Source: a virus (lineage: Duplodnaviria; Caudoviricetes). Taken from it: a DNA stretch of 27,609 bases. The stretch covers positions 1 to 27,609 of IMG/VR virus record IMGVR_UViG_3300017732_000046; one strand, 5' to 3'. Shown piece by piece: positions 15,171 to 27,500 of this stretch (position 1 is the stretch's first letter; each line of letters opens with the position of its first letter). The position numbers and the translations under genes are program-made. The notes beneath the pieces were generated by a model. The model made no database searches. It was given only the letters and a program-made list of their open reading frames with translations, and had not been told where the DNA came from.

Positions 15171-16636
15171 TGGCACTAGACTGTAACAACATTACATCAC
15201 TAAAAAGAAATCTCTCACCAGGGGCAACATTATTACTAGGCGATCAGATTGTAGATGGTGATGCTATTTTTCAAGGCGGAGAGTCTAGCACTACTGGAGT
15301 GAGTGAAGAAGAATTATTACAAAATCAAGCTGCTGCTGAAGTTTATGACATCGAGCTTACAACTACCTCAGCTTTCAATACAGGTGATACATTAGGAGCT
15401 GGAGATTATATAACAGAAGAAGGTTTTATAGCGGGGCCTAATGGTATTGAGGTCATCCACTCTGGATATGGAGGTGATGCAAGAATATTTGCTGAAGGAA
15501 CTTCATTAGATGTAGGAGATATTGTAGTTAATGGAAAAGTAATAGATCCTGATGGTAATATTTTAGATGCTCCTGTCTCTATAGATAGAGAAGGTTACAA
15601 GATTGGAGAAGGCGGAGGAATTGTTACACCTGGTGGTGCTGATTCTGATGATGCTTATTGCAGTCTTCAAGAGTTGGCAGGAAAGCCACAAAAAGGTGAT
15701 AGGTTAGATGATCTTGCAGCAAAACTAGATTTTGACGTTAACATTCCTGGTCTATCTGGTGACTGGTGGGTGAAGATACAGAAAAAGATAAATGCACTTA
15801 CAATGATGCAGGGGAAGTTTCTTTCAAAGACACAAAACCTAATTACACTTATGGAGATGGAGCCTGATAAGGCTTGTGATCTCATACCAGATGTTAACAA
15901 GCTAGTTAAGATTATGAACAAGGTCTTAAAGACTATTAGCAAGATTAATAAAATTTTAAAGAAAATAAACAAGACAATTAAGAAAATTAAAAAAGTAGTA
16001 AAGTTAATTTTAAAACTCATAAAACCTCTAAGAGTAGTACAAGCAATCTTGTTTATGATACAGATGATAGAAGGCATTCCAATAATGATTGATGCTGCTG
16101 TAAAGAATATGACAATGACACAAAAAGTACTACCACAGTTAATTGCACTTTTGCAAAAGATAGTTGCACAGTGCGCAATGAATAGAGGTGCAGAAGCAGG
16201 CCTATCTAAAGAGCAGTGTGAAAAGCTTGGTGGTGTTTATGTTGATAGAGCACTAGGAGATTTAGGTGATGCTGGTTCGCTAGACGGAGCACCTGGTTTG
16301 CCTGATCCAAATGCAGACTTAGACAATTTACTAGATGATTTAAATGAAGGAGATGATGGAGACAATTTATACTTCCCTCCTAATATGGGCCTTAATCCTG
16401 GTGATACACTAATTGATGGAATTGCTTTAGGAGATGGAGGAGAAACTTTACAAGCTCCAGCAACAGTACCAGCAACTGGTAACTGGGTGATGGGAGAAGA
16501 TGGAGGTGCAGGAGTTTCTGAAAATGGAATACTTAGTGAAGAAGAAATTGATGCAATATTAGACTCACAAATTTTAGATCTGTCAGAATGTATGACAGAA
16601 TTAGATGATATGTTAAAAACAACAAGCTATAGATAA
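15170..16636 (+). CDS. Putative virion protein with acidic Gly-rich repeats and a central cationic coiled coil
   Basis: 488 aa, TAATG coupling to the spike gene; GxTLxxGD repeats; KINKILKKINKTIKKIKKVVKLILKLIK. Confidence 0.7.
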   Translation: MALDCNNITSLKRNLSPGATLLLGDQIVDGDAIFQGGESSTTGVSEEELLQNQAAAEVYDIELTTTSAFNTGDTLGAGDYITEEGFIAGPNGIEVIHSGYGGDARIFAEGTSLDVGDIVVNGKVIDPDGNILDAPVSIDREGYKIGEGGGIVTPGGADSDDAYCSLQELAGKPQKGDRLDDLAAKLDFDVNIPGLSGDWWVKIQKKINALTMMQGKFLSKTQNLITLMEMEPDKACDLIPDVNKLVKIMNKVLKTISKINKILKKINKTIKKIKKVVKLILKLIKPLRVVQAILFMIQMIEGIPIMIDAAVKNMTMTQKVLPQLIALLQKIVAQCAMNRGAEAGLSKEQCEKLGGVYVDRALGDLGDAGSLDGAPGLPDPNADLDNLLDDLNEGDDGDNLYFPPNMGLNPGDTLIDGIALGDGGETLQAPATVPATGNWVMGEDGGAGVSENGILSEEEIDAILDSQILDLSECMTELDDMLKTTSYR

Positions 16637-16647
16637 AGGTAAGCAAA

Positions 16648-17061
16648 ATGAATAAAAAACAAATAACGACACTAAAAAAATTGATAAAAGAAATGGTGTC
16701 TAAAGAAGTTGCTAAACAAATGCAAATTGTAATATCAGAAATAACAAACCCACCAGTAAAGAATACTGTAAGTGAACTCATGGCAGATGAAATTAGTTCA
16801 GGGCCAAAGACTAACTTAAATGTAAAAGATCCCGTTCTTAATAAGATATTAAATGAGACAGAAGGCGGAATCGGTGGCGGTCAAGAAGCATATCCAACAA
16901 TGGGTGGAGGTGCTTATACTTCTGATAGAATGACAGAAGTCGCAGGTGTTACACCAGCAGGACAACCTACAGGTGCTATGCCAGATTTTATGCAAAAAGC
17001 AATGAGTGGTCATTCAGCAAAAGTTGTTAAAGCAATAGAAAAGAAACATGGCTCTAGATAA
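16648..17061 (+). CDS. Hypothetical virion-operon protein
   Basis: LKKLIKEMVSKEV leader, KDPVLNKILNET core. Confidence 0.75.
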   Translation: MNKKQITTLKKLIKEMVSKEVAKQMQIVISEITNPPVKNTVSELMADEISSGPKTNLNVKDPVLNKILNETEGGIGGGQEAYPTMGGGAYTSDRMTEVAGVTPAGQPTGAMPDFMQKAMSGHSAKVVKAIEKKHGSR

Positions 17062-17572
17062 AAAACGATTAGTAAGAAATATTGCAAAGATAGAGAACGA
17101 TAAGACAGCGAAAAATACGTTTCTCAAGACAAAGCCTAAAATTCAGGAGATGAAAGAGAACGTAGAAGAAGCTTCAAAGTTGGCCAATGCAATACACGAT
17201 TATGTCGCCAGAGCAGAAGTTGAACAAGTAGGTGATGGAGGATTTAAAACTCTCCCTGGAGGAATAAGAATTCCTCAACCTGGCAATAGGAACTCTCTAA
17301 AAATAACTCCGCTCATTGAAAAAAATAGTCTTCAATGGATTGCAGATGATATACAACAATTGTTAGGAATATTAGCACCGACCATTCAGCAACAAGCTGC
17401 TCTAGATAATATGAAACAAGGATTAGAGCTTGGTATTGTGACTACAAATGCAGGAATACGATATTTAACTACAAGGAGAAGAGCATCTCAGCTTGGTGGC
17501 TCCTTTCAGCCAGTATCAGATAACTTGGCTAAAGAATTAAAAAAGAATGCAGGCAAAGGTAGATTAAAATAA
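17048..17572 (+). CDS. Hypothetical virion-operon protein
   Basis: 174 aa, tiled between neighbours. Confidence 0.7.
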   Translation: MALDKKRLVRNIAKIENDKTAKNTFLKTKPKIQEMKENVEEASKLANAIHDYVARAEVEQVGDGGFKTLPGGIRIPQPGNRNSLKITPLIEKNSLQWIADDIQQLLGILAPTIQQQAALDNMKQGLELGIVTTNAGIRYLTTRRRASQLGGSFQPVSDNLAKELKKNAGKGRLK

Positions 17573-18006
17573 TGGCAATCGAAGATTACAGAAACGCCTC
17601 AGCAAGATCAAGAGATAATGATCCTGATGCTAGGATTGGTTTAACACTGCCGATTAGAAGTGGACAAAATGGATTTTTTAAATCCTCTTCTACGTTGTTA
17701 GAGCAAACAAAGACTAACTTAAAAAATTTATTGTTAACTGTTAAGGGTGAGAGATTAGCTCAGCCAGAATTTGGAAGCAATATATTTAATTTATTGTTTG
17801 AAAACTTTGAGCCTGGTCTTGAAAAGAAATTAGAAGAAAGCATAAAGTCAACTGTTGCACACTGGTTGCCACATGTAATTATAAAGACACTTATTATTGA
17901 TGCTCAAGACGATCAAAATACTGTTGGAATATCTATAGGGTTTGCTGTTAAGACAGATCCTAATTCTACAGAATCTGTGTCATTGACACTAGCAAGAGGA
18001 GGATAA
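17572..18006 (+). CDS. Baseplate wedge protein gp25 / GPW-like
   Basis: QTKTNLKNLLLTVKGERLAQPEFGSNIFNLLFE, WLPHV. Confidence 0.93.
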   Translation: MAIEDYRNASARSRDNDPDARIGLTLPIRSGQNGFFKSSSTLLEQTKTNLKNLLLTVKGERLAQPEFGSNIFNLLFENFEPGLEKKLEESIKSTVAHWLPHVIIKTLIIDAQDDQNTVGISIGFAVKTDPNSTESVSLTLARGG

Positions 18007-18008
18007 GA

Positions 18009-20009
18009 ATGGCTAGCACTAAAATAATGCCAAAACCGGTAAATTATCTCAATAAAAACTTTAATAACTTTAAAGCAGATTTAATTGAGTATGCAAAGAC
18101 ATACTTTCCTCAAAGTTATGCAGACTTTAATGAAGCATCTCCTGGAATGATGTTTATTGAGATGGCATCTTACGTAGGTGATGTTCTATCATTTTATATA
18201 GATGAACAATTTCGTGAATCACTACTTGCCTATGCAGAAGAAAGAAAAACAGTATTTGATATAGCACAATCTTACGGATACAAACCAACAATAGCAACAC
18301 CTTCAACTGCAAATTTAGATGTTTATCAGACTGTACCAGCGACAGGAGCAGGAGATAACGTAGCACCAAATTACAATTATGCTTATACAGTGAAGGCTGG
18401 AAGTGTTGTAGAAGCATCGGACTATGGAAAAACATTTAGGACATTAGATGATGTAGACTTTAGCCATTCTAGTTCTATGGACCCAACAACATCAGAAATT
18501 TATGAAGTAAACAATAACGGTGCACCAACAAAATTTTTACTTAAAAAATCTTGCAAAGCTGTAAGTGGTACAATAACAACAGAAAAATTTACATTTACAA
18601 ATGCAGTTGCTTATGATAAAGTTACTTTAGGACAAAAAGGTGTTTTAGAAGTTATCAGCGTATTAGATTCTGATAACGGGAAATACTATGAAGTTGAATC
18701 ACTTGCACAAGATTTAGTATTTGATGATGTAGCAAACACTGCAGAATTTGATCCTAATCTTGCAGGATTTAATGAAACTACACCTTACATATTAAAAGTT
18801 TTGAGGACACAAAAAAGATTCAAGACAAAAGTTAATACTGATGGTAAGTTAGAATTGTGTTTTGGTTCAGGAACTTCTTCGCAACCAGATGAAGAGATAA
18901 TTCCTAATCCCTCCACAGTAGGAAATAATTTTACCAATACAAACTTTTTAAATAACAATAGTGCATTAGACCCTGCCAACTTTTTAAATACAGCAGTCTA
19001 TGGTCAAGCACCTGCAAATACAACACTGACTATAAAATATTCTTATGGTGGCGGTGTTGAGGCAAACGTACCTGCTGGCACAATAACTTCAAAAAGAGGT
19101 TTAGAACTATCAATAGCATCTTCAGCATTAGATGCATCAATATTGTCTGAAACAAAAGATTCTATAGCAGTTACAAATCCTATACCTGCAACAGGTGGAA
19201 GAGGAGAAGAATCTTTAACAGAAATAAAAGAAAATACAAAAGCATATTTTCAAGCACAAAATAGATCTGTATCAAAAGAAGACTATATTACAAGAGTATA
19301 TAACTTACCTGCAAAATATGGTAATGTGCAAAAGATTTATATTAATCAAGATGACCAGCTACAAACTGGCGAAGGAATAATACAAGACGGTATTATCAAC
19401 ATGGAAACATTAGAAAAATTAGGTGGAGAAGTTTCTATTGCAGAATTATTAGGTGAAGGTGATAGGGTGCGGAATCCAATGGCACTTAATTTCTACGTAC
19501 TAGGATATGACAGTGATAAAAAACTAGTCAAGGTAAATGAAGCAACCAAGAGAAATATTAGGACTTACTTAGGTCCTTACAGAATCTTGACTGATGCTAT
19601 AAATCTTAAAGATGCATACATGATCAATATATCGGTTAGGTTTGCTATCTACGCGAAGAAGGGATACAATAAAAACGAGGTATTATTAAATTGTATTCAA
19701 AAAGTAAAAGATCATTTTGATATAGATAAATGGCAAATCAATCAGCCAATAATTTTACAAGACGTTGCTTATCAAATATCATTGGTAGAGGGTGTTAATA
19801 ATGTTGTGCCTCCAATTGACAACAATCCAAATAAAGATACAATAATAATTCAAAATAAATTTAAAGAAGAATTAGGATATTCAGGGAATGTTTATGACAT
19901 ACAAGCGGCAACTGTTAAAGATATTATCTATCCTTCACTAGATCCTTCTATTTTTGAAGTACGTCTTCCTGATTCAGATATTATTGGTAAAGTGCTAGGA
20001 GATTATTAA
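18009..20009 (+). CDS. Baseplate wedge subunit (T4 gp6 / baseplate J-like)
   Basis: DFNEASPGMMFIEMASYVGDVLSFY, IAQSYGYKP, FGSG, ATGGRGEESLTEIK, QNRSVSKEDY. Confidence 0.93.
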   Translation: MASTKIMPKPVNYLNKNFNNFKADLIEYAKTYFPQSYADFNEASPGMMFIEMASYVGDVLSFYIDEQFRESLLAYAEERKTVFDIAQSYGYKPTIATPSTANLDVYQTVPATGAGDNVAPNYNYAYTVKAGSVVEASDYGKTFRTLDDVDFSHSSSMDPTTSEIYEVNNNGAPTKFLLKKSCKAVSGTITTEKFTFTNAVAYDKVTLGQKGVLEVISVLDSDNGKYYEVESLAQDLVFDDVANTAEFDPNLAGFNETTPYILKVLRTQKRFKTKVNTDGKLELCFGSGTSSQPDEEIIPNPSTVGNNFTNTNFLNNNSALDPANFLNTAVYGQAPANTTLTIKYSYGGGVEANVPAGTITSKRGLELSIASSALDASILSETKDSIAVTNPIPATGGRGEESLTEIKENTKAYFQAQNRSVSKEDYITRVYNLPAKYGNVQKIYINQDDQLQTGEGIIQDGIINMETLEKLGGEVSIAELLGEGDRVRNPMALNFYVLGYDSDKKLVKVNEATKRNIRTYLGPYRILTDAINLKDAYMINISVRFAIYAKKGYNKNEVLLNCIQKVKDHFDIDKWQINQPIILQDVAYQISLVEGVNNVVPPIDNNPNKDTIIIQNKFKEELGYSGNVYDIQAATVKDIIYPSLDPSIFEVRLPDSDIIGKVLGDY

Positions 20010-21109
20010 TGGCTCATCATTTTATATTTGCAGAAAAAGATACTACACTAATTAGAGGCAATGATATTGCTGGAACAGGAAGTGCTAAGAATCTTGGTAA
20101 AGACGAGATCTTAGAAGTAGGCAAGAACTTCCAAGAAAATTCTACTGCATTTAATAGCATTGCAAGATCTCTAGTTTATTTTGATATATCTGAACTATCT
20201 TCATCTGTTGTTGATGGCTCTATTGGAACAGATGCTAAATTTTATTTAAACTTATATGATGCAGGAGCAATTGAGATAGAAGATGATACAGTAATGCATG
20301 CTTATGCAGTATCACAAAGCTGGACAGAAGGAACAGGAAAATTTACTGACTTTCCACAGTCAACAAATGGTGCAAGCTGGAAATATAGAAATGCTAGTAC
20401 TGCATCTACGTGGGCTTCTGCCAATTCAAGTTTAGGTGGTACATATTATGAAGCATCATCTAGCTCTTACACATTTAATAAAAATACAAAGATAGATCCA
20501 AGATTTGACGTAACAGAAATTGTCAACGGTTGGATAAGCGGAAGTATTAAAGAAAATAGTGGGTTCTTATTAAAGAGAACTGATGGTGAAGAGGTGAGCA
20601 CTTCTGGATCTGGAATGTTTAAGTTCTTTTCTTCCGATACACATACAGTATTTCCACCAAAGCTTGAAGTTGTTTGGGATGACGCAACATGGGTGACAGG
20701 CTCATTAGATGGCTTGACAGGTACACAGCTGGATAACTTAAAGATTACAGTTAAAAATTTAAAGCATGAATACAAAAGAGGAGCGCTAGAAAAAGTTAGA
20801 GTTGTTGGTAGAGAGCTATATCCGGCAAAAACATTCTCTACAACATCTTCTTATTTAGATGTCGCTTATATGCCCAGTGCTTCATCATATTTTTCAATAG
20901 TTGATGATAAGACAGCAGACGTTATTATACCCTTCGGAACAGGATCTAAAATAAGCTGTGATGCTGAGGGCAACTTCTTTAAATTAAGAACTTCTAGTTT
21001 ACAGCCAGAGAGATTTTATAAGATTCAATTTATGATTGAAAGTGGTTCAGGTATTAACAAAACTACACAATACATAGATGATGATCATCAGTTTAAAGTT
21101 GTAAGATAA
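20009..21109 (+). CDS. Virion protein with DNRLRE/CBM96-like domain
   Basis: AEKDTTL, RSLVYFD, SQSWTEG, DVTEIVNGW...NSGFLLK, FFSSD...PKLEVVW. Confidence 0.72.
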   Translation: MAHHFIFAEKDTTLIRGNDIAGTGSAKNLGKDEILEVGKNFQENSTAFNSIARSLVYFDISELSSSVVDGSIGTDAKFYLNLYDAGAIEIEDDTVMHAYAVSQSWTEGTGKFTDFPQSTNGASWKYRNASTASTWASANSSLGGTYYEASSSSYTFNKNTKIDPRFDVTEIVNGWISGSIKENSGFLLKRTDGEEVSTSGSGMFKFFSSDTHTVFPPKLEVVWDDATWVTGSLDGLTGTQLDNLKITVKNLKHEYKRGALEKVRVVGRELYPAKTFSTTSSYLDVAYMPSASSYFSIVDDKTADVIIPFGTGSKISCDAEGNFFKLRTSSLQPERFYKIQFMIESGSGINKTTQYIDDDHQFKVVR

Positions 21110-21255
21110 TGCCAAATAAAGCAGCAAAAACAAGAAAACAGCAAAGAGCACGTGTTAATAAACAACTTCAAAAACAAGGAAGGACTGCAAAACAATATAA
21201 GAAGTGGCTAGCTAAAGAGCCAAAAAATCAAACACCAGCATACGGAAGAAGATAA
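21109..21255 (+). CDS. Small very basic protein, 48 aa (not in ORF track)
   Basis: MPNKAAKTRKQQRARVNKQLQKQGRTAKQYKKWLAKEPKNQTPAYGRR; TAATG coupling at both ends. Confidence 0.75.
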   Translation: MPNKAAKTRKQQRARVNKQLQKQGRTAKQYKKWLAKEPKNQTPAYGRR

Positions 21256-21554
21256 TGCCTTACTCAAAAAAAGAATTAGAAGCTAATGAACACTACACCT
21301 CTCTTAAAGAAAGAGACGAACAAAAATATTCTACAGGTTATGGCAGTGTCCAAGTGCAGTGGACAAATTTAGGCGGACAATATTTTGATTCTTTAAGAAA
21401 TAGTCAAGGAGTAGTCCAACTATACGAAACAATAGACACAGGAGAATCAATGCCAGAGGCACATCAAAGTATGTATGTCGATATTTATAGAAGAAGGTAT
21501 CGCACAAAAGCAGATACTACAGATATTTTTGATAGAGAATTTAAAGAGTTATAG
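21255..21554 (+). CDS. Hypothetical virion-operon protein
   Basis: 99 aa, TAATG coupling, ends DIFDREFKEL. Confidence 0.75.
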   Translation: MPYSKKELEANEHYTSLKERDEQKYSTGYGSVQVQWTNLGGQYFDSLRNSQGVVQLYETIDTGESMPEAHQSMYVDIYRRRYRTKADTTDIFDREFKEL

Positions 21555-21562
21555 AGAGCAAA

Positions 21563-24500
21563 ATGGCAATCAAAAAAAAGAAAAAAGGCACAGGCAAAGG
21601 ATTTAAAAAGAAAAGCGCCGGCTCTAAGCCAATTAAGCTTGGATCTCCTGGCGGTAAGCTTGGACAGATTTCTGATCCTGTAATAAGTGATTTATCGATA
21701 AAGTCAAATGAGGCTGCTTCTATAAACTCACCAAAAATAACAGGTACAAGCACAACAGTACAAGCTTCTCAGATGATAGCTTCTGGTGGAGCACCAAGCC
21801 CAGCCAGTATTTCTAATACACAGCAAAATGCCTCTGTTCAACCTGCTCCTCCAGCTGCTAGTCCTGAACCATTAGTCGGTTTAATAGACCAAAAAGCTAA
21901 TAGGCAAATAGACATACCACAAGACATATACAATCTTGTAAGGCTTCCAGATGTAAATGACTTCAAGCCTTATAGGGACACTAGCTATTATACACAACTT
22001 ACAGGCTATGATTACAAAAGTGACAAATGGCCTGATTTATACTTTGGCGGATCAGATGCTGATATTATTAAAGTTTGTGTTTACGGAAGTGATGGCGGAA
22101 AGATTGCTACTGAGTATTTAACAAAAAATAAAATAGATACGTATATTGCTAGTGCAATTAAAGGTTCTCCAGCTGTTGTTAAAATAGATACAGGAAAAAT
22201 TTTAAGAGACTTAGGTTATAGAAGAGGAAGGTTTGAAGTAAAATTTGAATTTATGAGACTTTCTGCAGGTGGTCCATTTCCTGTATTAGTTAACGGAAAA
22301 GAAAAGATTTATAGAGGAAACTTTGAACAAGGTGACCAGCAGTATTTTTATGCATCTTCTGATGATCCTAATTCAGAGACAATAGAAGGTGACAAACTTT
22401 ATGTAAAAGAAAACAAATACATAATTACAAAAATTTCAGGTGATAGAACAGAAGCTATTATTGCTCCTGCCTTTATCGATGACGAACAATATTTAGAAAG
22501 CTTTAGACTAGCAGCTTATAATTGTATTAACTGGTTTCCAGAAGATCCTGCTCCTCCTGCAGTATTTGTAGATCCTGCAACAAACGTAATTTCTTTTAAC
22601 ACACCTGAAAATCTCCCAACAGGATTTATGAATGGCACAATTCGTATTGCAAATGCATACTTTATGGGAAAGAGAATTGTAGATGAAGAAAGAGATCAAC
22701 TAGAATTTGAACCTATAATCGAAACACAGACTTTAAATCCTAACTTTTTAATTGGTAGAACTCTTGATACAAAGTTTGGTTGGGTCGGTGGAGGGCCGTG
22801 GCCAAACGCATCAGCTGTTAATATTTCTGTTGAAGATCCTGTAGAGATCGGCGATAAGAGAGCTTTAAGGCTTGATAATGTAATAGATCCAAATCCTTCA
22901 GGACAATTTGCTGTTAAGGCAACATTACAAAACACATTAAACTTTGAACAAGAGTATTTAAATACTCCTGCAGTAGATGGAGGAGCTGCTTCATCAGCAG
23001 GAAATCCGAGGTCTATTGGCGCAATTATGCGAACAAATTTAATTATTAACACATCACCTTATGTTCCAATGCCTATTGTAGTAGAAGGCACACAAATGAC
23101 TTTTAGTGTCTACGTTAAAGCAGAAGAAGGTGAAAGACTAAGCCTTATGGCACATGCAGACCCATGGGCAGATAATGGAACAACAATTTATAGCCCAACA
23201 ACAGTATCTAATGGCGACTGGCAAAGACTTACATTAACATATACACTTACAAATACTGCTGGGATAAATAAGCTTTTATTTAGAATTAGATGGGAACCTG
23301 GTTATGATGATAGCAACAATTTAAGATGGGATCCTTCAAATCAGTCAAGTGTTGAACAACATCACGTATCATTTGCAGGAGCACAAGTTGAACTAGGCCC
23401 TGAAGCAACAGACTTCCACAGGGTGGGACCTGGCAATGACACTACAATTGATGTTGGTACAGAAAATATTATAAAATTCGCAGATCCAGATGGCAAAATT
23501 TTAATTGGTGATTTAGCACCAGGCGAAGAGTTTACTCCAAATATGATTGGTGGAAAATTAATCGTTAACGATGCACATGCAATACTAGATTTATCAGAAA
23601 CATTATTAATAAATGAAATTGACAGTGATTCTGTTTTTGAATGGGACATACAACCTTCAGATGGTGCAACAGGAAATCCAAGAACTGGTGGAATGTTATC
23701 TAAAGTAAATGCTTACGCTATTGAAAAAATAGATGAGGGTGGCGATCCTATATTATATCCTATACTAGATGAAGGATTAAATTCACAAGCAATAGAAGTA
23801 TCAGATCAGTTTGGTATATCAACATTTTCTAGAGGATACAATGCTCTTTACTGGTCTAGCAAATATGCAGGTACAGCTGATTTTGGTTATCATGCACAAT
23901 GGGTTGCAGAAAAAGGGATCGATGGTGGTGTTGCTATGTGGTTTCCAGACTTAAATTATCAAGACTATATTTATGATGATATTGTTGCTGCAAGAATTGA
24001 AGCAGGCCCAACAGACAGAAATTTTGAAGTACCTTCAGTTGAAGAGTTTGCAGATAAAAATAATTACGCTCATAGATTTATGCAAATATCTACTCCTGAA
24101 GAAGATGTTGAGAGAATTGGAACAAATTTTAAATCAATAGGTGCATTAGCATCTTATGGTGTAAGAGTAGGAGATAGGATAAAAGTTAGCTGGATGCAAA
24201 AATCAGATCCAATTGACTTTGAAGATGGGGGTAGAAAAGGTGCATGGGTAACTGTTAATCACTGGGCACAGTCAGAAATATCACCTCCTGACGTACCTGT
24301 TATTACAGAAGAAGATAGATTTTATGAAGACGAAGCATTTCACTTATATTACGGTGGTGTACAAGGTGAATTTGGTGCATATGATCCTTATGTAGAATTA
24401 GATGGCCTAAGAATAAACTCAGCTCCTAGTTTACCACCAGGGAATAATGAAATAGCTATAGAAAACTTTTTAAATCTTTACGCAATAGACAGACCTCAAG

Positions 24501-27500
24501 CAGAAGGAGCAGGTGGTTATGTCTACAATCAAGAAGGCGAGCTAATAGAATCAGAGGCATTTAAATGGTATTGGTTGAGTACTGGTGGATCAAATAATGA
24601 TGAAAGTTTTAGTGATGATGATATTGAAGACGATCCGTTAGTTGGTAGGTGGACATGTAAGCGTTTATCTGAAGTTATTTATCCTGGCGATTCTGAAATG
24701 GTGTTAAATCAGTACAGAGTAAAAGGTAACATACAAGGAAGATCTGCTCTACTAGACATTAATGAATATCCAAGTTACGATAGCTTTCCAACAAATAGAA
24801 ATATTTCATCAGACGGTGTTTACAAATGGAATGGAGAAAGCTGGGTTTTTGCAACAGATGGTGGACAATTAGACTGGAACTCTGTATTAGAGATAGAAGG
24901 TGATGATGCTACACTTTATAAGAGAACTAGAAGGCTAGAAGCATTTAATTCTGGTCCGGTTTCTACAGGGCACATTTATTGTAACGAGTTCAATCAGTGG
25001 GAACATGCAGCATTTGAATTTGAGATAACAGAATTTTGGGCTTTAGAAAGACCAGTAATGCTAGATGTTAGAGGACACTATGGATCTTTTGGTAATTTAT
25101 ATGTAGACAAATTAAAAATGGAAGTAATTAAGACTTCTATGGAAAGGCCTGAGATAACTGAGAATGCAGTACTAGGCCCACTAGAATTTAATATTGTTAA
25201 TGTAATAGATACTGATAAGATAGAAGTTGATCATAACTATGTTGCTGCTTCTAGTGAACAGGGTGGATTAACATCTTCGATAGGGAAAAACAAATATTCT
25301 ACTTTTGATAAAGGATTTGTTATTGATTACATTACACAAGAGCAAGGATCAGAAGATATTTTTGCCAGATATGAATCAAAAATTTTAGACGTAATTAATG
25401 ATCAAGACTCACAAAAACAAATAGTTGTAGAAAAAACATACGAAGAGTATGGAGAAGAAATTGGTGCTGTAATGTCAGGTGCTGATTCTATCAACGTATT
25501 GAGTGCAAACTTTAACGACTATTTTATTAGATATAGAATGAAAGATGCAGATAATTTGTACACATATCTAATAACAGGCGATGATTCTAAGTCTTTGATA
25601 ACAAACTTTAAGCCTGTGAATGTTGAAGATTACCCTGGTGCTATAGCATATAAATTTATGGAACCGCTCCCACCAGAAATCGCATTATTAGATATGGCTT
25701 TTATTGCTGAAGAAGCAACACCTACACTGGTGGAGAAATTTGACCTTATACCTTTTATAGAAGAAAAAATTCCACCTACAGTTTTAAGACAGCCAAACTG
25801 GGATGATGTTGATAAGCCTATAAGAGACAGGCAAACAAAATATCAATCACATACAGATCTTGTTGGTACTAATGTAGATGTAAGAAAACAAATAGAAGAT
25901 AGAGTTTTAAGTGGAAGTTTAGAGACAGCAAAAATAAATGTTGATTATAGTCAGTTTAAAAACTTTTCACACTTTGGATCAGTAGAAAAGAAACTAAATA
26001 ATTTTAGAAATAAATTATACGCAATAGAAACTTATGCAGCAAACAGTGCATCATTATTAGGAACAGGAACTTCACAAGGATATTTAGGAAACGCTGCTGG
26101 TGAATTAGTAAGCGGATCTTCAGATGATGTATTGAAGTGGGAACAGGAAGCTAGAAAAGTTATAAACGGATTTGATGAATTTGAAAACTACATGTACAAC
26201 AAAAGCTCTTCTTACTCATCAGGATCAAACGGTGTTTTTTATGACAATGCACTTCCAAAGTATGCAGCTGCTGGTACATTATCAGATCCTTTTATTCCTT
26301 ACTCTACAACCAGTTCAAGGTTTACAACTTGGTATACTACACAACAAGCTAGTGCTTCTCTATATGATAGGGGTAATGCAAACAGATTAATTAATTTAAT
26401 GCCAGAACATATTACATCTGATTATGAAAACGAAGAGTTTTTAAATTTTATGGATATGATAGGACACCATTATGATATAATATGGACTTACGTAAAGTCA
26501 CTAACAGATGTACATGATAGATCTGAAGACATTACAAAGGGTATATCAGCAGGACTTGTAGAGCCTGTTGCGGAATCTTTAGGATTTCCTATGATCGAAG
26601 GTCGTGATATGGTTTCACTTCCTCAGTATCATCTAGGTCTTGCAGAATCACCAACAGAAAAAGGTGTTTACAATGTAAGGTATACACAGAAATCACAGAA
26701 AGATGTTACAAGAGAAATATGGAATAGAATACTAGCAACTATGCCTTACATGTTAAAAACAAAAGGGACAAAACAATCCCTAAAGGCATTAATAGCCGCT
26801 TATGGAATACCAACATCTATTTTAAGAATACAAGAATATGGTGGACCTAGACCTCAAGCTGATCAGAATGATTTTGACATAAAACAAAAATTTACAAAAG
26901 CACTAGATTTTAATTCAAGTCAATATGTGTCAACATCTTGGAATCATGCACAACATACAACACCATTTGCACAATACGCAAGAACAAATGACACAATAGA
27001 ATTTAGGTTCAAAGCAGCATCTGAAGAAACTATGCAAATAGCAACAAAAGTTAGTGCTTCAGGTGACAGAATGGCAACAATACAGTTGGTAAACGATGGT
27101 GGTGCTGATGGAAGAGGAAAATTAAAATTTGAATTAGAAGGAAAAGAAGGCGGTGGTAGAATATCACAAAGTATAGAATTGCCTTCACATGCAGTCTATA
27201 ATGGTGAATTCTGGTCAGCGATGGTTAGAAGAAGAACACACCACTTAACATCTTCTATTAGTGGAAGCTGGTATGATATGGCACTTCCTTCTGACTTACA
27301 CACATCACAAAGTTTTGACTTGTTCTTAGGATATTATGATGCAGGCATTGACAAAGTAATTGTTGCAGAGTCAGGAAGCATGACAGTAGAACATGAATTC
27401 TTGACAGAGGCATTTGCTAGAACAGGATCTCATCATGCTATACTTGCAAATCCAACTGACATGTGGCAGTGGGGTGGTTCAACAACAGATGCACATACTG

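Noticed and set aside
21572-21586. A8-G-A6 run as a programmed frameshift site
   Set aside because: Simply encodes poly-Lys in an A-rich genome; no useful alternative-frame product or stimulatory structure seen
21634-21664. Direct repeat TAAGCTTGGA x2
   Set aside because: Short duplication encoding KLG twice in a low-complexity tail
837-23649. Minus-strand ORFs in the track (e.g. 14324-14947, 5537-5968, 15667-16077, 22696-23052)
   Set aside because: All lie antisense to well-supported plus-strand genes, lack recognisable motifs and read like shadow ORFs
1046-26390. Alternate-frame plus ORFs 1046-1231, 2805-2987 and 26172-26390
   Set aside because: Fully nested in ligase, uvsE and the giant ORF, with no independent support
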